This document shows positions 63,153 through 64,000 of a stretch of 64,000 bases of DNA, one piece after another; position 1 is the stretch's first letter; each line of letters begins with the position of its first letter. Below the pieces are notes generated by a model. That model saw only the letters and a list, made by a program, of their open reading frames with translations. It was not told the origin of the DNA and ran no database searches. A program made the translations under genes and the position numbers. The DNA comes from an uncultured Nitrososphaerales archaeon (GTDB taxonomy: Archaea; Thermoproteota; Nitrososphaeria; Nitrososphaerales; Nitrososphaeraceae). The DNA lies in NCBI GenBank assembly GCA_963709405.1, contig CAVPXM010000055.1, forward strand, positions 32,001-96,000, read 5' to 3'.

Positions 63153-64000
63153 ATGTCTGTCATAAGTAAGAGTGAAGCTAAATACCTAAGAAAAAGCTTA
63201 GGACGTGAACCGAGTAGTTTTGAACTAGACGTGCTTAGCGCTGAATGGTCAGAACACTGCTCGTACAAATCATCTCGTAAATTCATCAGAATGCTTCCTA
63301 ATCGGAGCAGGTACGTCATACCAGGCCAGGCATCTGATGCAGCCATGCTCGATATTGGTCAAGGATATGTCCTAGTTGTGCACATTGAAAGTCACAATCA
63401 CCCCTCTGCAGTTGAGCCATATGGTGGCGCTGCCACAGGTGTGGGAGGCGTGATTAGAGATATCCTCTCACTGGGGGCTCGACCTATAGCTATCCTAAAT
63501 GCGCTTCGATTCGGGCCAGTTGATGTTGATGCTGAAAAACAAACACAAAAATCTAGATGGTTAATGCGAAATGTCGTCAGAGGGATTGCTGACTATGGGA
63601 ATTGCATTGGTGTTCCTACCGTTGGTGGAGAAGTGGAATTCGATAGTGGATTTAACAATTACTGCCTTGTTGACGTAGCTGCAGTTGGGATTGTCAAGCG
63701 TAATAAAGTTATACCGAACCGAGCTGATCGAGGAGACATAGTTCTCTTAGTGGGTGGGGCGACAGGAAGAGACGGCATCCATGGTTCGTCTTTTGCATCT
63801 AGGCAGTTAAATGTAGAAGATCGATCTGCTGTTCAAATTCCGGATCCCTTTGCAGAGAAGTTACTCATAGAAGGTGTATTAGAAGCCGTAGATAAGGGTT
63901 GCATAAAGGCCATGAAAGACCTAGGTGGTGGAGGCCTCTCATGTTGCCTGTCAGAGATCTCAGTAACGATAGCCAAAGGACTTGATGTTGACATTTCGAA
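63153..64000 (+). CDS. purL: FGAM synthase subunit PurL (3'-partial; not in ORF track)
   Basis: Hand translation: MSVISKSE...AEWSEHCSYKSS...ESHNHPSAVEPYGGAATGVGGVIRDI...TGRDGIHG...DLGGGGL. Confidence 0.95.
   Translation, partial: MSVISKSEAKYLRKSLGREPSSFELDVLSAEWSEHCSYKSSRKFIRMLPNRSRYVIPGQASDAAMLDIGQGYVLVVHIESHNHPSAVEPYGGAATGVGGVIRDILSLGARPIAILNALRFGPVDVDAEKQTQKSRWLMRNVVRGIADYGNCIGVPTVGGEVEFDSGFNNYCLVDVAAVGIVKRNKVIPNRADRGDIVLLVGGATGRDGIHGSSFASRQLNVEDRSAVQIPDPFAEKLLIEGVLEAVDKGCIKAMKDLGGGGLSCCLSEISVTIAKGLDVDIS

Overview
Chromosomal window from an ammonia-oxidising archaeon (Nitrososphaerota, most likely a soil Nitrososphaeraceae-like lineage), judged from gene content and order, frequent TTG starts and typical thaumarchaeal hypothetical families. 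It is mostly housekeeping: aCPSF1, hom, endA, nadX/nadA/nadC, rpoE'/spt4, Mrp, leuB, ilvBH, lsrF, trpE, glycerate kinase, birA, menA, thrC, a bioF-bioB-(resolvase)-bioA/bioD cluster, an NTase-LLM-thiolase-DUF35 operon, the rpl3-to-rpl6 ribosomal cluster, psmA, purC/S/Q/L and two tRNAs. Small decayed accessory patches (25.1, 26-29.3, 32.3-33.3 and 35.9-37.9 kb) hold IS5, IS6, IS481, integrase and AbrB remnants. About a dozen single-base frameshifts, some in essential genes, point to indel errors in the assembly. The main findings are: (1) a 599-aa tandem SDR whose architecture and motifs resemble the C-terminal half of Chloroflexus-type malonyl-CoA reductase, a candidate for the step I believe is still unassigned in the thaumarchaeal 3HP/4HB cycle; (2) an array of eight YGACG motifs at exact 11-bp spacing upstream of an HTH/coiled-coil gene; (3) an intact serine resolvase inside the biotin cluster; (4) three unannotated Cys/His-rich microproteins; (5) a tRNA-Asn with a non-canonical 27/28 intron and an atypical tRNA-Thr(UGU); (6) apparent CTG starts on leuB and rps8. 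All family assignments come from motif recognition and recall; no database search was run.
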